From: a virus
Virus record (IMG/VR): IMGVR_UViG_3300030047_000014
Coordinates: 56,748 to 120,747 of that record
Strand: one strand, 5' to 3'
DNA: 64,000 bases
Part shown: one piece after another, positions 41,656 through 51,895 of the stretch
Position numbering within the stretch: the first letter of the stretch is position 1
Layout: every line of letters begins with the position of its first letter
The notes under the pieces: generated by a model
The model's database searches: none
Seen by the model: only the letters and a program-made list of their open reading frames with translations
Told to the model about the DNA's origin: nothing
Program-made: the position numbers and the translations under genes

Positions 41656-43113
41656 ATGAGCTCATGTCGTAAAGTAAAATGTCGTATTAATTTAGATTCT
41701 GCATGTGTATTCTATGAAGGTCCTAATATGCCTTTCTCTGGAGTAAATACTAATGATACATTAGAAGTTGCTTTAGAAAAATTTGATAAACTAGGAGCAG
41801 AAATTCATGGTACATCAGGAACCTCTGGTACTTCTGGCAAAACAGGTACTAGTGGTTTAGCAGGTACATCAGGAACTAGTGGTATATCCTCAACTAGTGG
41901 AACATCAGGCACTTCTACATTTAGTACTAGTGGAACATCTGGAACATCAGGTTTAACAGGAACTAGTGGAGTTAATGGTACTTCAGGAGTAAATGGTAGC
42001 TCTGGTATGTCAGGAAGTTCTGGAAGTAGTGGTACAAGAGGAACCTCAGGAACCTCTGGGAGTTCTGGTCTTACAAGTACATCAGGTGTGTCAGGAACAA
42101 GTGGAATAAGTGGAAGTTCAGGTACATCTGCTACTAGTGGTACTAGTGGCTTAACTGGATCAAGTGGTACTTCTGGAGTTAATGGAACTTCAGGTACAAG
42201 TGGTACTTCAGGTTATAATGGTGATAGATTTAGAACTACTTCAACCACATCTATTGCTACAGGAACAGGTAGTAAAACATTAACTGTTGATCTGAATTTA
42301 TCCTACTCAGCAGGACAATCATTAGTAATAGCTAATGGTAGTTTGTCTAAGATGGAAGGAACAGTTGTATCTTATGTACCTGGTACTGGTGTATTAGTAG
42401 GGATGATTACTACAGTAACAGGTGGAGGTAGTTACTCAACATGGGATGTTAACTTAGGAGGTGCTGTAGGTGCTAATGGTACAAATGGTACTTCTGGTAC
42501 TTCTGGAACCTCTGGATTTAATGGTAGTAGTGGAACTAGTGGTATTGCAGGTACACATGGTACTAGTGGAACTTCTGCCATTAATGGCACATCAGGATTT
42601 ACTGGAACAAGTGGTACTAGTGGATATACAGGAACTTCTGGTACTAGTGGTATTAGTGGTGGAGATACTTCTTTATATGCTATTTCAACAACTCCAAGTT
42701 ATATAACATCCAATACTTTTGTAGATGTTCCTGAATTATCTATTGCTCTTATGACTAATTCTATTTATGAAGTATATTTTCAATTACTTGTAGGAATAGA
42801 AGATGATGCTGATGGTATGGGGGTTGGATTAAATCTTACCAATCTTGTAGGAGCTTCTATGGGTGGTCTAATTCAAGGTACTCAATCTTATGGTTTAACT
42901 GCAACTTCTGCTATATTTGTATTTGATGGTCCTTCTGGTGGTTTTTTAGAAGGTGCTCCCTCATATGGGGCTATTTCATTTAGAGGAGTTGTATATGCAG
43001 GATCAAATCCTTCTACATTATCTGTTAGAGTATTAAAAGCTACAGCAGGAACAATTGTAATATATAGTCCTTCATTACTTGAAGTGAAAAGAATAGGTGA
43101 TCATTATTCATAA
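41656..43113 (+). CDS. Fibre protein with Gly-Thr/Ser-Ser triplet repeats and globular C-terminal domain
   Basis: Two long (G-X-S)n tracts around an ~80-aa insert; Cys docking N-terminus. Confidence 0.75.
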   Translation: MSSCRKVKCRINLDSACVFYEGPNMPFSGVNTNDTLEVALEKFDKLGAEIHGTSGTSGTSGKTGTSGLAGTSGTSGISSTSGTSGTSTFSTSGTSGTSGLTGTSGVNGTSGVNGSSGMSGSSGSSGTRGTSGTSGSSGLTSTSGVSGTSGISGSSGTSATSGTSGLTGSSGTSGVNGTSGTSGTSGYNGDRFRTTSTTSIATGTGSKTLTVDLNLSYSAGQSLVIANGSLSKMEGTVVSYVPGTGVLVGMITTVTGGGSYSTWDVNLGGAVGANGTNGTSGTSGTSGFNGSSGTSGIAGTHGTSGTSAINGTSGFTGTSGTSGYTGTSGTSGISGGDTSLYAISTTPSYITSNTFVDVPELSIALMTNSIYEVYFQLLVGIEDDADGMGVGLNLTNLVGASMGGLIQGTQSYGLTATSAIFVFDGPSGGFLEGAPSYGAISFRGVVYAGSNPSTLSVRVLKATAGTIVIYSPSLLEVKRIGDHYS

Positions 43114-43122
43114 ATATATATC

Positions 43123-45588
43123 ATGAAAATACGTGATGATTCTTTTTGTGCTTGTCCAATACTATTAAGTAGTACTTGTGTTTATTATGAAGGAGAAAAT
43201 CTAGTGTATTCTGGTATTAATACCAATGATACAATAGAAGTTGTTGTTCAGAAATTAGATGCATGGTTACATAAAGGAACTAGTGGTACTTCTGGAACAA
43301 GTGGCACATCTGCTATTAATGGAACCTCTGGAACAAGTGGTATATCAGGTACATCTGGTACTACTGGCTCAAGTGGTACATCAGGTATTACTGTTAGTGG
43401 AACATCAGGAACTACAGGTACATCTGGTAGTAGTGGTGTAAATGGCACAAGTGGAAGCTCAGGTATTAGTAGTACTCATGGCACAAGTGGATCTAGCGGA
43501 ACATCCTCTACTTCAGGTAGTTCAGGTACTTCAGGATTAACTGGTACAAGCGGTATTGATGGAACATCAGGGAGTAGTGGAATTAGTAGTACCAACGGTA
43601 CTTCAGGTATTAACGGAACTCATGGTACGAGTGGTACAAGTGGAAGTTCAGGTGTTAGTGGAACTTCAGGAAATACAGGAAGTAGTGGAGTTTCTGGAAC
43701 TAGTGGTAGTTCTGGTACTAGTGGAATTACTATAAGTGGTACTTCAGGATCAAGTGGAATCACTGTAAGTGGAACTAGTGGTACATCAGGTACATCGGGT
43801 ACATCTGGTGTTTCAGGTAGTTCAGGTGTTAGTGGGTCTAGTGGTACTTCAGGAACAACAGGAACTTCAGGAACTTCTGCTACAAGTGGAACTTCAGGAA
43901 CAAATGGTGCTGCAGGAGATAAATATAAAACAACTTCAACTACCTCTTTAGCAATAGGTACAGGATCAAAGAGTTTAACTGTAGGTTCAGGATTATCATA
44001 TACTCCAGGGCAATCTTTAATTATTGCTAATAGTGGTACAAATTATATGACAGGTACAGTTACCTCATATAGTGGAACTTCTTTAGTAGGAAATATTACT
44101 GCTGTTGTAGGTTCTGGAACATATACAGCCTGGGATGTTAATCTTGGTGGAGCTATTGGTGCAAATGGTACTAATGGTACATCTGGAACTTCAGGTACTT
44201 CAGGCACTACAGGAACCAGTGGGACTAGTGGATTAACAGGTACTAGTGGAACATCAGCTACTAGTGGAACTTCTGGGATTACTGTAAGTGGTACATCTGG
44301 AGTAAGTGGTACTAGTGGCACTAGTGGACAGACTATTAATGGTACAAGTGGTGTTAGTGGTACAAGTGGTATATCAGGAACCAGTGGTTATAGTGGAAGT
44401 TCAGGAACTTCTGGAACATCAGGTTATAGTGGGAGTTCAGGCTATAGTGGTACTAGTGGTTATAGTGGAACAAGTGGAGTTAGTGGAACCAGTGGAACTT
44501 CAGGATATAATGGTACATCAGGAGTTAATGGTACTAGTGGGTATAGTGGTACATCTGGTTATAGTGGTACATCAGGGGTTAGTGGAAGTAGTGGAGTATC
44601 AGGTACTTCTGGATACAGTGGTACATCGGGTGTGAGTGGTACATCAGGAAGAGATGGATTAACTACTTCTGTAAATTGGGTTTATCAGATCGGTGGTAAT
44701 GTTACTCTAACAAAAGCTGATATAGGTCTTCCATATGCAGAAAATACATATGATAGGGATAAAAATGTTGCTACAGCAGTAGCTCTTTCTACAACTAGGC
44801 TTACATATAGAGGAGTTACTGATGGAAATGTTGTAGGTCAATTAATGTGGAAGAATTATGGTAATGGTCATACAATATTTGATGTTTCTAATGGTACAGC
44901 TCCAGACGGTTCTACACGTAGTAATTCTATTCCTGAAGTAGCATGGTCTCCAACTTATCCTACATTAATGGGTTGGAATGGTTCTAATACCTATGGTGTA
45001 AAGGTTAATAAATCAGATAATGCAGATCTGGCTATTACAGCTAATAACTCCTATTATCTAAATAATAGGAATGACTATTATCATCCAGGGAACGCTAATA
45101 ATCCTTCTGTTGACTGGACAGGTAATGCTTTTAATGTAAAGGCTCTTGCATTTTATAATGATGGGCCTCATTATTTGAAATCTAATACTTCTAATGTTCT
45201 AATATTTAGAAATGGTTCTAATGGAGATGTAGCATCTATAAATACTGCAGATGGTGTTATTAGTGCTATAGGAAATATGTATGCCCCTAATTTTGTTCTT
45301 TCCTCTGATAGAAGACAGAAAAGAGCTATAAAAGATATACAGAACTTATCTAAAGTTGATGATATAAAATTTAAACAGGCTATATTTAAGAATGATAAGG
45401 AAAATAGAGTTAGATATGTTGTTATAGCTCAGGATGTTGAAGAGAGTATGCCTGAATTGGTATATACTAATGCTAAGGGTTCCAAATCTGTAGCATATAC
45501 TGATTTACTTGTTGCAAAAATGGCTAGAATGGAAGAAATAATTAGTAAGATAGAAGATAGAATTAAAAAATTAGAAGATGGCAACTAG
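43123..45588 (+). CDS. Tail fibre with Gly-Thr/Ser-Ser repeats and C-terminal intramolecular chaperone (peptidase S74)
   Basis: SSDRRQKRAIKDI...VIAQDVEESMPELV...VAYTDL plus terminal coiled coil. Confidence 0.8.
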   Translation: MKIRDDSFCACPILLSSTCVYYEGENLVYSGINTNDTIEVVVQKLDAWLHKGTSGTSGTSGTSAINGTSGTSGISGTSGTTGSSGTSGITVSGTSGTTGTSGSSGVNGTSGSSGISSTHGTSGSSGTSSTSGSSGTSGLTGTSGIDGTSGSSGISSTNGTSGINGTHGTSGTSGSSGVSGTSGNTGSSGVSGTSGSSGTSGITISGTSGSSGITVSGTSGTSGTSGTSGVSGSSGVSGSSGTSGTTGTSGTSATSGTSGTNGAAGDKYKTTSTTSLAIGTGSKSLTVGSGLSYTPGQSLIIANSGTNYMTGTVTSYSGTSLVGNITAVVGSGTYTAWDVNLGGAIGANGTNGTSGTSGTSGTTGTSGTSGLTGTSGTSATSGTSGITVSGTSGVSGTSGTSGQTINGTSGVSGTSGISGTSGYSGSSGTSGTSGYSGSSGYSGTSGYSGTSGVSGTSGTSGYNGTSGVNGTSGYSGTSGYSGTSGVSGSSGVSGTSGYSGTSGVSGTSGRDGLTTSVNWVYQIGGNVTLTKADIGLPYAENTYDRDKNVATAVALSTTRLTYRGVTDGNVVGQLMWKNYGNGHTIFDVSNGTAPDGSTRSNSIPEVAWSPTYPTLMGWNGSNTYGVKVNKSDNADLAITANNSYYLNNRNDYYHPGNANNPSVDWTGNAFNVKALAFYNDGPHYLKSNTSNVLIFRNGSNGDVASINTADGVISAIGNMYAPNFVLSSDRRQKRAIKDIQNLSKVDDIKFKQAIFKNDKENRVRYVVIAQDVEESMPELVYTNAKGSKSVAYTDLLVAKMARMEEIISKIEDRIKKLEDGN

Positions 45589-46537
45589 TGTACCAGATAC
45601 TAATACTTTTTCTTTACAAAATGTAGTTGCTGTTGTAGGTGGCTCAGATCTTATAACTGCCTATGCTAATTCAATAGATAGTTATTTTGATCCTGTTTAT
45701 AAGGGTAGTAAGAATAGTCTCTATAATTTTAGAAATTATCAAATACCTGCAGAATGTCATAGACCGGGTGGTTTAACCACAACAACAATATACTACAATG
45801 TAGGATCAGCAACTTTAGAAGATCAAGCAAGAGGTTTATTTTATTATGTAACAGGTGCTCCTTTCTCATCAATGTCTTCTATTAATGGTCAAATGGCTGA
45901 TCACAACGTAGGAACTATTGTATATGCAGGAACAGGAACAGATTGTACAGTTATAGCTGATGGATATTACGTTATTGAAAGATCTTCTTTAAATGATCTT
46001 ATCTATCACATTGTTGGAGGAGTAATAGTTTCTAAATCATCTATTCTTATTATAGGGTATCATTTAGGTGGTGGAGTATTAGCCTATGTTTTACAGTATG
46101 GAGATCCTGGATATGACGCTTATAGTCCACATGGTCTTATTATACCAGAGTCTGATCAGTCTTCAGGTATATTCTGGCATAGTACAAATGCTCTTATTTA
46201 TTCTGCTTACTTAAATGGAATAGGTGCAGGTACAGCAAATACAAACGATATTATTGCTGCTTATGGCACAGAGAGTAATGCTGCAAGACTTTGTTATGAT
46301 TTAAGTTCTGGAGGATATACAGATTGGATTTTACCAAGTTGGCAAGATTTGATAGCAATACATCTTAATATAGATTTACTTCCTAATTTTGCCTATAACC
46401 AATATTATTGGAGTTCAAATGCAGAAATCCCTTATTCAGGTCAAGGTGCTGTTACAGTAAAAATGTTTCCTTATGATCCAGGTCAGGCATTAGTAAAAAC
46501 CTCATCTGCCAGAGTAAGAGCAGCTAGATATTTTTAA
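45578..46537 (+). CDS. Putative receptor-binding protein with C-terminal DUF1566-like (C-type lectin fold) domain
   Basis: GAGTANT...AARLC...GGYTDWILPS...YYWSS...RVRAARYF. Confidence 0.7.
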   Translation: MATSVPDTNTFSLQNVVAVVGGSDLITAYANSIDSYFDPVYKGSKNSLYNFRNYQIPAECHRPGGLTTTTIYYNVGSATLEDQARGLFYYVTGAPFSSMSSINGQMADHNVGTIVYAGTGTDCTVIADGYYVIERSSLNDLIYHIVGGVIVSKSSILIIGYHLGGGVLAYVLQYGDPGYDAYSPHGLIIPESDQSSGIFWHSTNALIYSAYLNGIGAGTANTNDIIAAYGTESNAARLCYDLSSGGYTDWILPSWQDLIAIHLNIDLLPNFAYNQYYWSSNAEIPYSGQGAVTVKMFPYDPGQALVKTSSARVRAARYF

Positions 46538-46555
46538 CTTTTAAATATACATGTT

Positions 46556-48709
46556 ATGAGTACTTATTATGTGTCTACAACTGGAAGTGATAGTAACCCA
46601 GGATCTTTAGGATATCCCTGGGCTTCATTCTCACATGCAAATGCTCAAGTAGCTCCTGGTGATACAGTTATATTTGAAGATGGTGTATATACTGCAGGTG
46701 TTGATTATTTTGCTTTATTAAATGTAAGTGGGACAGCAGGTGCTTACATTACTTATAAAGCAAGAAATATTGGTGGTGCAATATTGGATGGTCAGAGTAA
46801 TTATACTAATATGGGTTTAAGTATATGGGCTAATTATCTTAATATAGAAGGATTTGAAATTAGAAACTTAGCAGGTACAGCAATAGCAACAGGTGAAGCA
46901 CATAATCATGTAAATTTTAGATATTTATGGATACACCATATTGGTAGAATTTGTACTACTACCTCATTTGGATTAGATGGAGTTTATTTACATCAAGCAT
47001 CTTATTTCTTTTTTGATAGATGTAAATTTAATGATATAGGTAGACTTAGAGTAGCTGATGGTTGTCCTAGTGATACTGGAACTGGGTTAGATCAAGGATT
47101 ATATTTAGATGGATGCTCTTATATTACTGCTCAAAATTGTATATTTTATCATATTGGAAATGGTTTTGCTCTTCAAATTTATTCAAGTGGTAGTCTTACA
47201 TCAGATCATATTTCTTTTATAAATAATACATGTAACAATAATAACTTTGCACATTATGCAGGGCATATAATTTTATGGAGTAATATGAATAATGTCCTTA
47301 TTGTGAATAATATATTAAAAGGACATGGACAATATGCTATGCAGATCTATCAAGGAGAAGGATATGTTTATAGTGCTAATATAATTGCCAACAATATATA
47401 CTATGGAGGAAATAATATCTTCTATGTTGGAACAACAACAGGTATTACTTTATCAAGTAACACAAATCAAGATCCTAGATTTGTTAATGAGGCTTCTTAT
47501 AATTATAATCTATTATCAGCATCTCCTGCAAGAGATGCAGGATATGCAACAGGTCTTACATATGACTATGCTAATAATCCCAGAGTAGGTACAATGGATA
47601 TTGGTGCTTATGAGTATGTTTCTGGTGTTACAACTACAACTACTACAACTACTACACCAACTACAACCACCACAACTACACATCCTACCACTACAACAAC
47701 AACCACACATGCCACAACTACGACTACTACCACCAGACCTATAACCACCACAACTACTTCTACTACAGTAGCTCTAACAACTACGACTACTTCTACTACT
47801 CGTACAACTACTACAACCACTACTCAACCACCTACTACTACGACTACTACTACTCGTCCTATTACAACAACAACTACTAGTACTACTGTAGCCCCAACAA
47901 CCACTACAACAACTACCAAACCTATTACAACTACTACGACTACTACAACAGTAGCCCCTACCACTACTACGACTACAACTCATTCAACTACTACAACTAC
48001 AACTACACATCCTCCAACAACTACTACTACCACTACTACTCAACCACCAACGACTACTAGTACAACTACTACGGTTGCACCTACTATAACTACTACTTCT
48101 ACAAGTACTACACAACCTCCTACAACCACTACATCAACTACCACTGTAGCCCCAACAACCACTACATCGACTTCTAGTACAACTACTAGTACTACTACTA
48201 CTATTCCTCCTACAACAACTACCTCTACCACTAGGAGAATAACTACTACCACTACTACAAGTACAACAGTATATCAATCAACATATTGGAATGTAGAACT
48301 TAGTGAGGATGTATATAAGAATAATTGTCCTGTACACTTTAAATCAACAATGGAAACTTATACTGTTCATGCTCATACATATAGTTCTAATAGAAGTCAG
48401 GAGGATGCAGATAATAAAGCATTAAAAGAAATTGCAAGGAATAAACAAGCCTATGCAAATAAAAATTGCAGTTGTATTCCTAAACCGTTGTATTATAATT
48501 TTAGAGTACAGGATAGTGCAGTAAAAACAGATTGTCCTGAAGGTTATATTGGATCAACAGTATTATATGTTGTTCCTGCAGGAAAATATAGTTCTACAAT
48601 TAGCCAGGCTGAAGTTGATACTGAGGCAATAAATGACCTCAATACCAACAAACAGACCTATGCTAAAAACTGTGGAAAGTGTAGAAAGCCAAGGGTAAAG
48701 AAATGTTAG
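46556..48709 (+). CDS. Mucin-like protein: right-handed beta-helix, ~210-aa Thr/Pro stalk, two DUF5977-like repeats
   Basis: YYVSTTGSDSNPGS...PW, SPARDAG...DIGAYEY; Thr-rich tract; two YxN...KxxC...YxVxAxxYSSxxSQxxxDxxA repeats. Confidence 0.8.
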   Translation: MSTYYVSTTGSDSNPGSLGYPWASFSHANAQVAPGDTVIFEDGVYTAGVDYFALLNVSGTAGAYITYKARNIGGAILDGQSNYTNMGLSIWANYLNIEGFEIRNLAGTAIATGEAHNHVNFRYLWIHHIGRICTTTSFGLDGVYLHQASYFFFDRCKFNDIGRLRVADGCPSDTGTGLDQGLYLDGCSYITAQNCIFYHIGNGFALQIYSSGSLTSDHISFINNTCNNNNFAHYAGHIILWSNMNNVLIVNNILKGHGQYAMQIYQGEGYVYSANIIANNIYYGGNNIFYVGTTTGITLSSNTNQDPRFVNEASYNYNLLSASPARDAGYATGLTYDYANNPRVGTMDIGAYEYVSGVTTTTTTTTTPTTTTTTTHPTTTTTTTHATTTTTTTRPITTTTTSTTVALTTTTTSTTRTTTTTTTQPPTTTTTTTRPITTTTTSTTVAPTTTTTTTKPITTTTTTTTVAPTTTTTTTHSTTTTTTTHPPTTTTTTTTQPPTTTSTTTTVAPTITTTSTSTTQPPTTTTSTTTVAPTTTTSTSSTTTSTTTTIPPTTTTSTTRRITTTTTTSTTVYQSTYWNVELSEDVYKNNCPVHFKSTMETYTVHAHTYSSNRSQEDADNKALKEIARNKQAYANKNCSCIPKPLYYNFRVQDSAVKTDCPEGYIGSTVLYVVPAGKYSSTISQAEVDTEAINDLNTNKQTYAKNCGKCRKPRVKKC
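47629..48268 (+). repeat. Imperfect ACN-codon repeat encoding the poly-Thr stalk
   Basis: Units of about 6-9 Thr separated by P, HP, RPI, VAP or QPP; all four Thr codons are used. Confidence 0.95.
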
Positions 48710-51690
48710 ATACCAAATATTTTTATCTGTTCTATAACCATTTCTGCTGTGATTGATTTTTGACATTCAAATTGTCTTGGTGTATCTTTATAAATGGGAC
48801 ACCAATTCCAATCTCCTTTGTCAAATTTGAAGTTACGATTGTTCCAACAACCATGACATACATTCTTATTAGAAATCCTAATACAATTAGACTGGAACTC
48901 ATGAAGTGTTTCTGTAAAATTAGCTATCATTACAACTGAAGTATCTAATGCCCAGGCTAACCAACTAAGACCACTTGATAAACCAATAAAATAGTCACTA
49001 TGATTTATTACTCTTATAGTATTCTCTAAAGAATTATCAGATAATTGATCTACATTATTTAATGTGTTCTCTTCTTTAGAAACATTAATTACTACATACT
49101 CCATTTCTATCAGATAATCAACCAATTTCTGCCATTCTTCCTGTCTCCAATATTTACATCCTGCTGTAGAATCTGGAGCTATAGTAATGTATTTCTTATT
49201 GCAAGGAGAACTACTTATTTCAAAATGAATTCTTGGTACTATCTCTTCATATTTTAGTCCTAGAATATTAGTTGCAGTCTTTTGAAGAGGAATTGTATTA
49301 GGAATTTCTGGTTCCTTGTCTTTATCATAGAACCAACCTAGTCTATATAAAGCATATAAATCATATACAACAGTACCTGGTTCTACAAACTGTAGTTCTG
49401 GATATGCTTTTTGAAATAAGAAATTCTTAAATGTAGATACTACTACCTGACATTTATGTTTTTCCTGAAATTTTAATACATAAGGCATCCAGGCTATTGT
49501 ATCTCCTAGAGATGAGCTCTCAAATACTATGAATACTTTTCTATTCTTTAAAGAGAATATATTCTCATAGATAAGATTTTTATCTTGAAACACCTGTGTT
49601 GTCCAAGATGTAAAGTAACTACGACTAAGTTTTATCCAGTGATTTGTTCCTATAGTCTCTTCATATTGACAGATTCCTTTCTCATCAAGAAATTTTACTA
49701 GAAAATTAGCTTCTTCATTACCGGTTATTTCTATAAAAGGTTGATCTACAAAATGTTGTGTTATTTGTACATTCTTTTTAACTTTTTTTTGTGGTTTAAT
49801 TTCTTTATTCATAATTTCATTATAAAAGTTTAAATGTTTTTCTGCAAATTCTTTAGAAGTATTATTTGTAGGAATCTCATAAAATGCTTTAACATATCTT
49901 ATATCAGTAGAAGCTAAGTCATAGATATAAGAGTTAAACATTCCTTCATACTGTAACAGATTTCTAGCCATAATAGGAAGACCATAAGAGATAGCCTCTC
50001 TTAGCACAATAGGATTACATTCATTTTTAGAATTAAACATGAAGATATCACATGCAACAAAGAATCTATCAGTATCGTTTCTTTCTCCCCACACGGTAAC
50101 ATTAGGAGGAAGATCTTGCATAAGAGGTTCCCAATATTCTTTAAAGTTAGGAGCTTGATTTCCTACAAAATGAAAACGCATATCTGGATGATTTTTAGCT
50201 ATTAATATTCCCTCTGCTTGATTCTTTCCTGGAGTCCATAAACCTACATTAAGAACGTGGATTCTCTGTTGTTCCATTCCAAGGGAATTTCTAATATATC
50301 TCTTAGACCATTCCTTAACTGAAGGAATCCACTTATCAATAGGATACTCTATTGACTCTTTATATGAAGGAAGATCTTTAAACGTTCTTAAATGATATGG
50401 AGTACAGAAAGCATAAGCATCTGGATGAAATACTTTAGTTTTAGGATCAAAACTTATATCATGACAGATCTCTACAATTCTATAAGATCTATCATTAGAA
50501 TATAACTGATTGATCATTTCTCTATCTAATCTCTCAGACATTTCATCTATATGAATTATATCTGGTTTATTATCTTTAATAATTCCAAATAGGTCAAGTT
50601 TATTTTCTCCTAAAGTATAAAACTTATCCACAATTTTCTTTATTTTATCTCTTTGTACCACATAATCAAGACTATAGTTTTGATACTCTACTACAGATAT
50701 TTCTACTTTTGTAAAGTTTTGTAAACATTCTATTCTTTTTAATAAGAATTGAGGCATACCTCCAGTTGATAAATGAGGAGCCAAAAACATTATTTTTAAC
50801 TTTTTTTGTTTTAAATACTCAATCATTTTTTCCATTATTATAGGATCTTTCTCTCCGTGTATAAATAACAATTCTTGTGATGATTTAGGAATCTTAAACC
50901 AGGGTCTAATTTCTTTACCCCAATTATCTTGTTCATAAATTTCAGGAAGATCTTTTAAACTAGCATTTGTATAAATATAAGGAAGTCCACAGAAAAATTC
51001 ATACTTCCATAATAATACATTAGCAATAGTCTCCTCATGGTAAGGAGCATATAAAGTATGATTCTCTATTACTTTAGGGTTAGAACACATATTATACCAT
51101 GTATTTAAGAATGGTATTGTCTCTTGTCCTGCTACAAAGAAACCTGTTTGTCTATATGTTTGTCTAACATATTGATTTACATTAAATAAATCACATGCAG
51201 GAGCTTCTAATGTGGTTGACATATCTTCCCTGGTATCTGCACCACCTCTTCCATCAATATGAAGGTAGTCATAAATACCCTCTACAAAATGAGGAATTCT
51301 ACTCCACTCAGAATAATAATCAAATATATTATCCACATATTGAGTAGCAACACAATCTGCATCTATAAAAGCAACTGTTTCTGCATAATTCTCTAGACAG
51401 TCCTTTACAATTAAAGGACGTTGAATCATCATCTTATAAATATCTGGATCCGCTCTATCAATAAACTTCTCTTGTTTTTTTATATTAGGAGCATCACATT
51501 CCCAGCCAAAAGTAGTTGCTCCTAACATAGGAATATGACAATTAATCATATATACATAGATGGGAAGTTTGCTAAAGGTTCTTAGAGAATTTACACAAGC
51601 CTGAACTGTTTCATGATAACTTGCTGTTGCATAAAGGATGTAAGCTCTTTTATCTTTTTCAATTGATGGTAATAAAGTATCTGTCTGCAT
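48706..51690 (-). CDS. Three-domain glycosyltransferase: GT-A, GT4-like GT-B and TibC/AAH-like protein O-heptosyltransferase domain
   Basis: FIDADC (DxD); APHLSTGGMPQ and ECNPIVLREAISYG; SSSLGDTIAWMPY...FIGLSSGLSWLAWA...CHGCWN...WCP...FECQKSIT. Confidence 0.8.
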   Translation of the reverse strand: MQTDTLLPSIEKDKRAYILYATASYHETVQACVNSLRTFSKLPIYVYMINCHIPMLGATTFGWECDAPNIKKQEKFIDRADPDIYKMMIQRPLIVKDCLENYAETVAFIDADCVATQYVDNIFDYYSEWSRIPHFVEGIYDYLHIDGRGGADTREDMSTTLEAPACDLFNVNQYVRQTYRQTGFFVAGQETIPFLNTWYNMCSNPKVIENHTLYAPYHEETIANVLLWKYEFFCGLPYIYTNASLKDLPEIYEQDNWGKEIRPWFKIPKSSQELLFIHGEKDPIIMEKMIEYLKQKKLKIMFLAPHLSTGGMPQFLLKRIECLQNFTKVEISVVEYQNYSLDYVVQRDKIKKIVDKFYTLGENKLDLFGIIKDNKPDIIHIDEMSERLDREMINQLYSNDRSYRIVEICHDISFDPKTKVFHPDAYAFCTPYHLRTFKDLPSYKESIEYPIDKWIPSVKEWSKRYIRNSLGMEQQRIHVLNVGLWTPGKNQAEGILIAKNHPDMRFHFVGNQAPNFKEYWEPLMQDLPPNVTVWGERNDTDRFFVACDIFMFNSKNECNPIVLREAISYGLPIMARNLLQYEGMFNSYIYDLASTDIRYVKAFYEIPTNNTSKEFAEKHLNFYNEIMNKEIKPQKKVKKNVQITQHFVDQPFIEITGNEEANFLVKFLDEKGICQYEETIGTNHWIKLSRSYFTSWTTQVFQDKNLIYENIFSLKNRKVFIVFESSSLGDTIAWMPYVLKFQEKHKCQVVVSTFKNFLFQKAYPELQFVEPGTVVYDLYALYRLGWFYDKDKEPEIPNTIPLQKTATNILGLKYEEIVPRIHFEISSSPCNKKYITIAPDSTAGCKYWRQEEWQKLVDYLIEMEYVVINVSKEENTLNNVDQLSDNSLENTIRVINHSDYFIGLSSGLSWLAWALDTSVVMIANFTETLHEFQSNCIRISNKNVCHGCWNNRNFKFDKGDWNWCPIYKDTPRQFECQKSITAEMVIEQIKIFGI

Positions 51691-51725
51691 ATTTATTTGG
51701 TTTATGAGATAAAAATAATAAAAAA

Positions 51726-51757
51726 TTTGGAAGTAATAAAATTAATTTATAGTTTTG
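51726..51757 (+). promoter_or_regulatory. Bacteroidota-type promoter of the lysis block
   Basis: TTTG-N20-TAGTTTTG in the divergent intergenic gap. Confidence 0.65.
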
Positions 51758-51895
51758 GTAGCGAAATATATTTTTTCTACCACTCCTATAAAAACTCCAT
51801 TATTAAAAGTAATTTTAGTCTTTACAGGTAGGTTATATGTGTATTTTATTTATTTAGGAGTGATACTATAACAGATTTTAAATACTAATAAATAA

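Noticed and set aside
42470-44635. Short alternative-frame ORFs (VPEVP..., LVVLVE...) within the fibre genes
   Set aside because: Frame shadows of the Gly-Thr-Ser repeats.
13736-46537. Diversity-generating retroelement acting on the FISUMP or DUF1566 domains
   Set aside because: No reverse transcriptase and no adenine-variant template repeat found by eye in this window; one could lie outside it.
47516-48252. Val-rich and Ser/Cys-rich - strand ORFs (also 1290-1526 and 56074-56262)
   Set aside because: Antisense shadows of the ACN poly-Thr codons.
41806-48268. CRISPR array or satellite suggested by repetitive DNA
   Set aside because: Repeats are degenerate in-frame codon repeats with no constant repeat-spacer structure.
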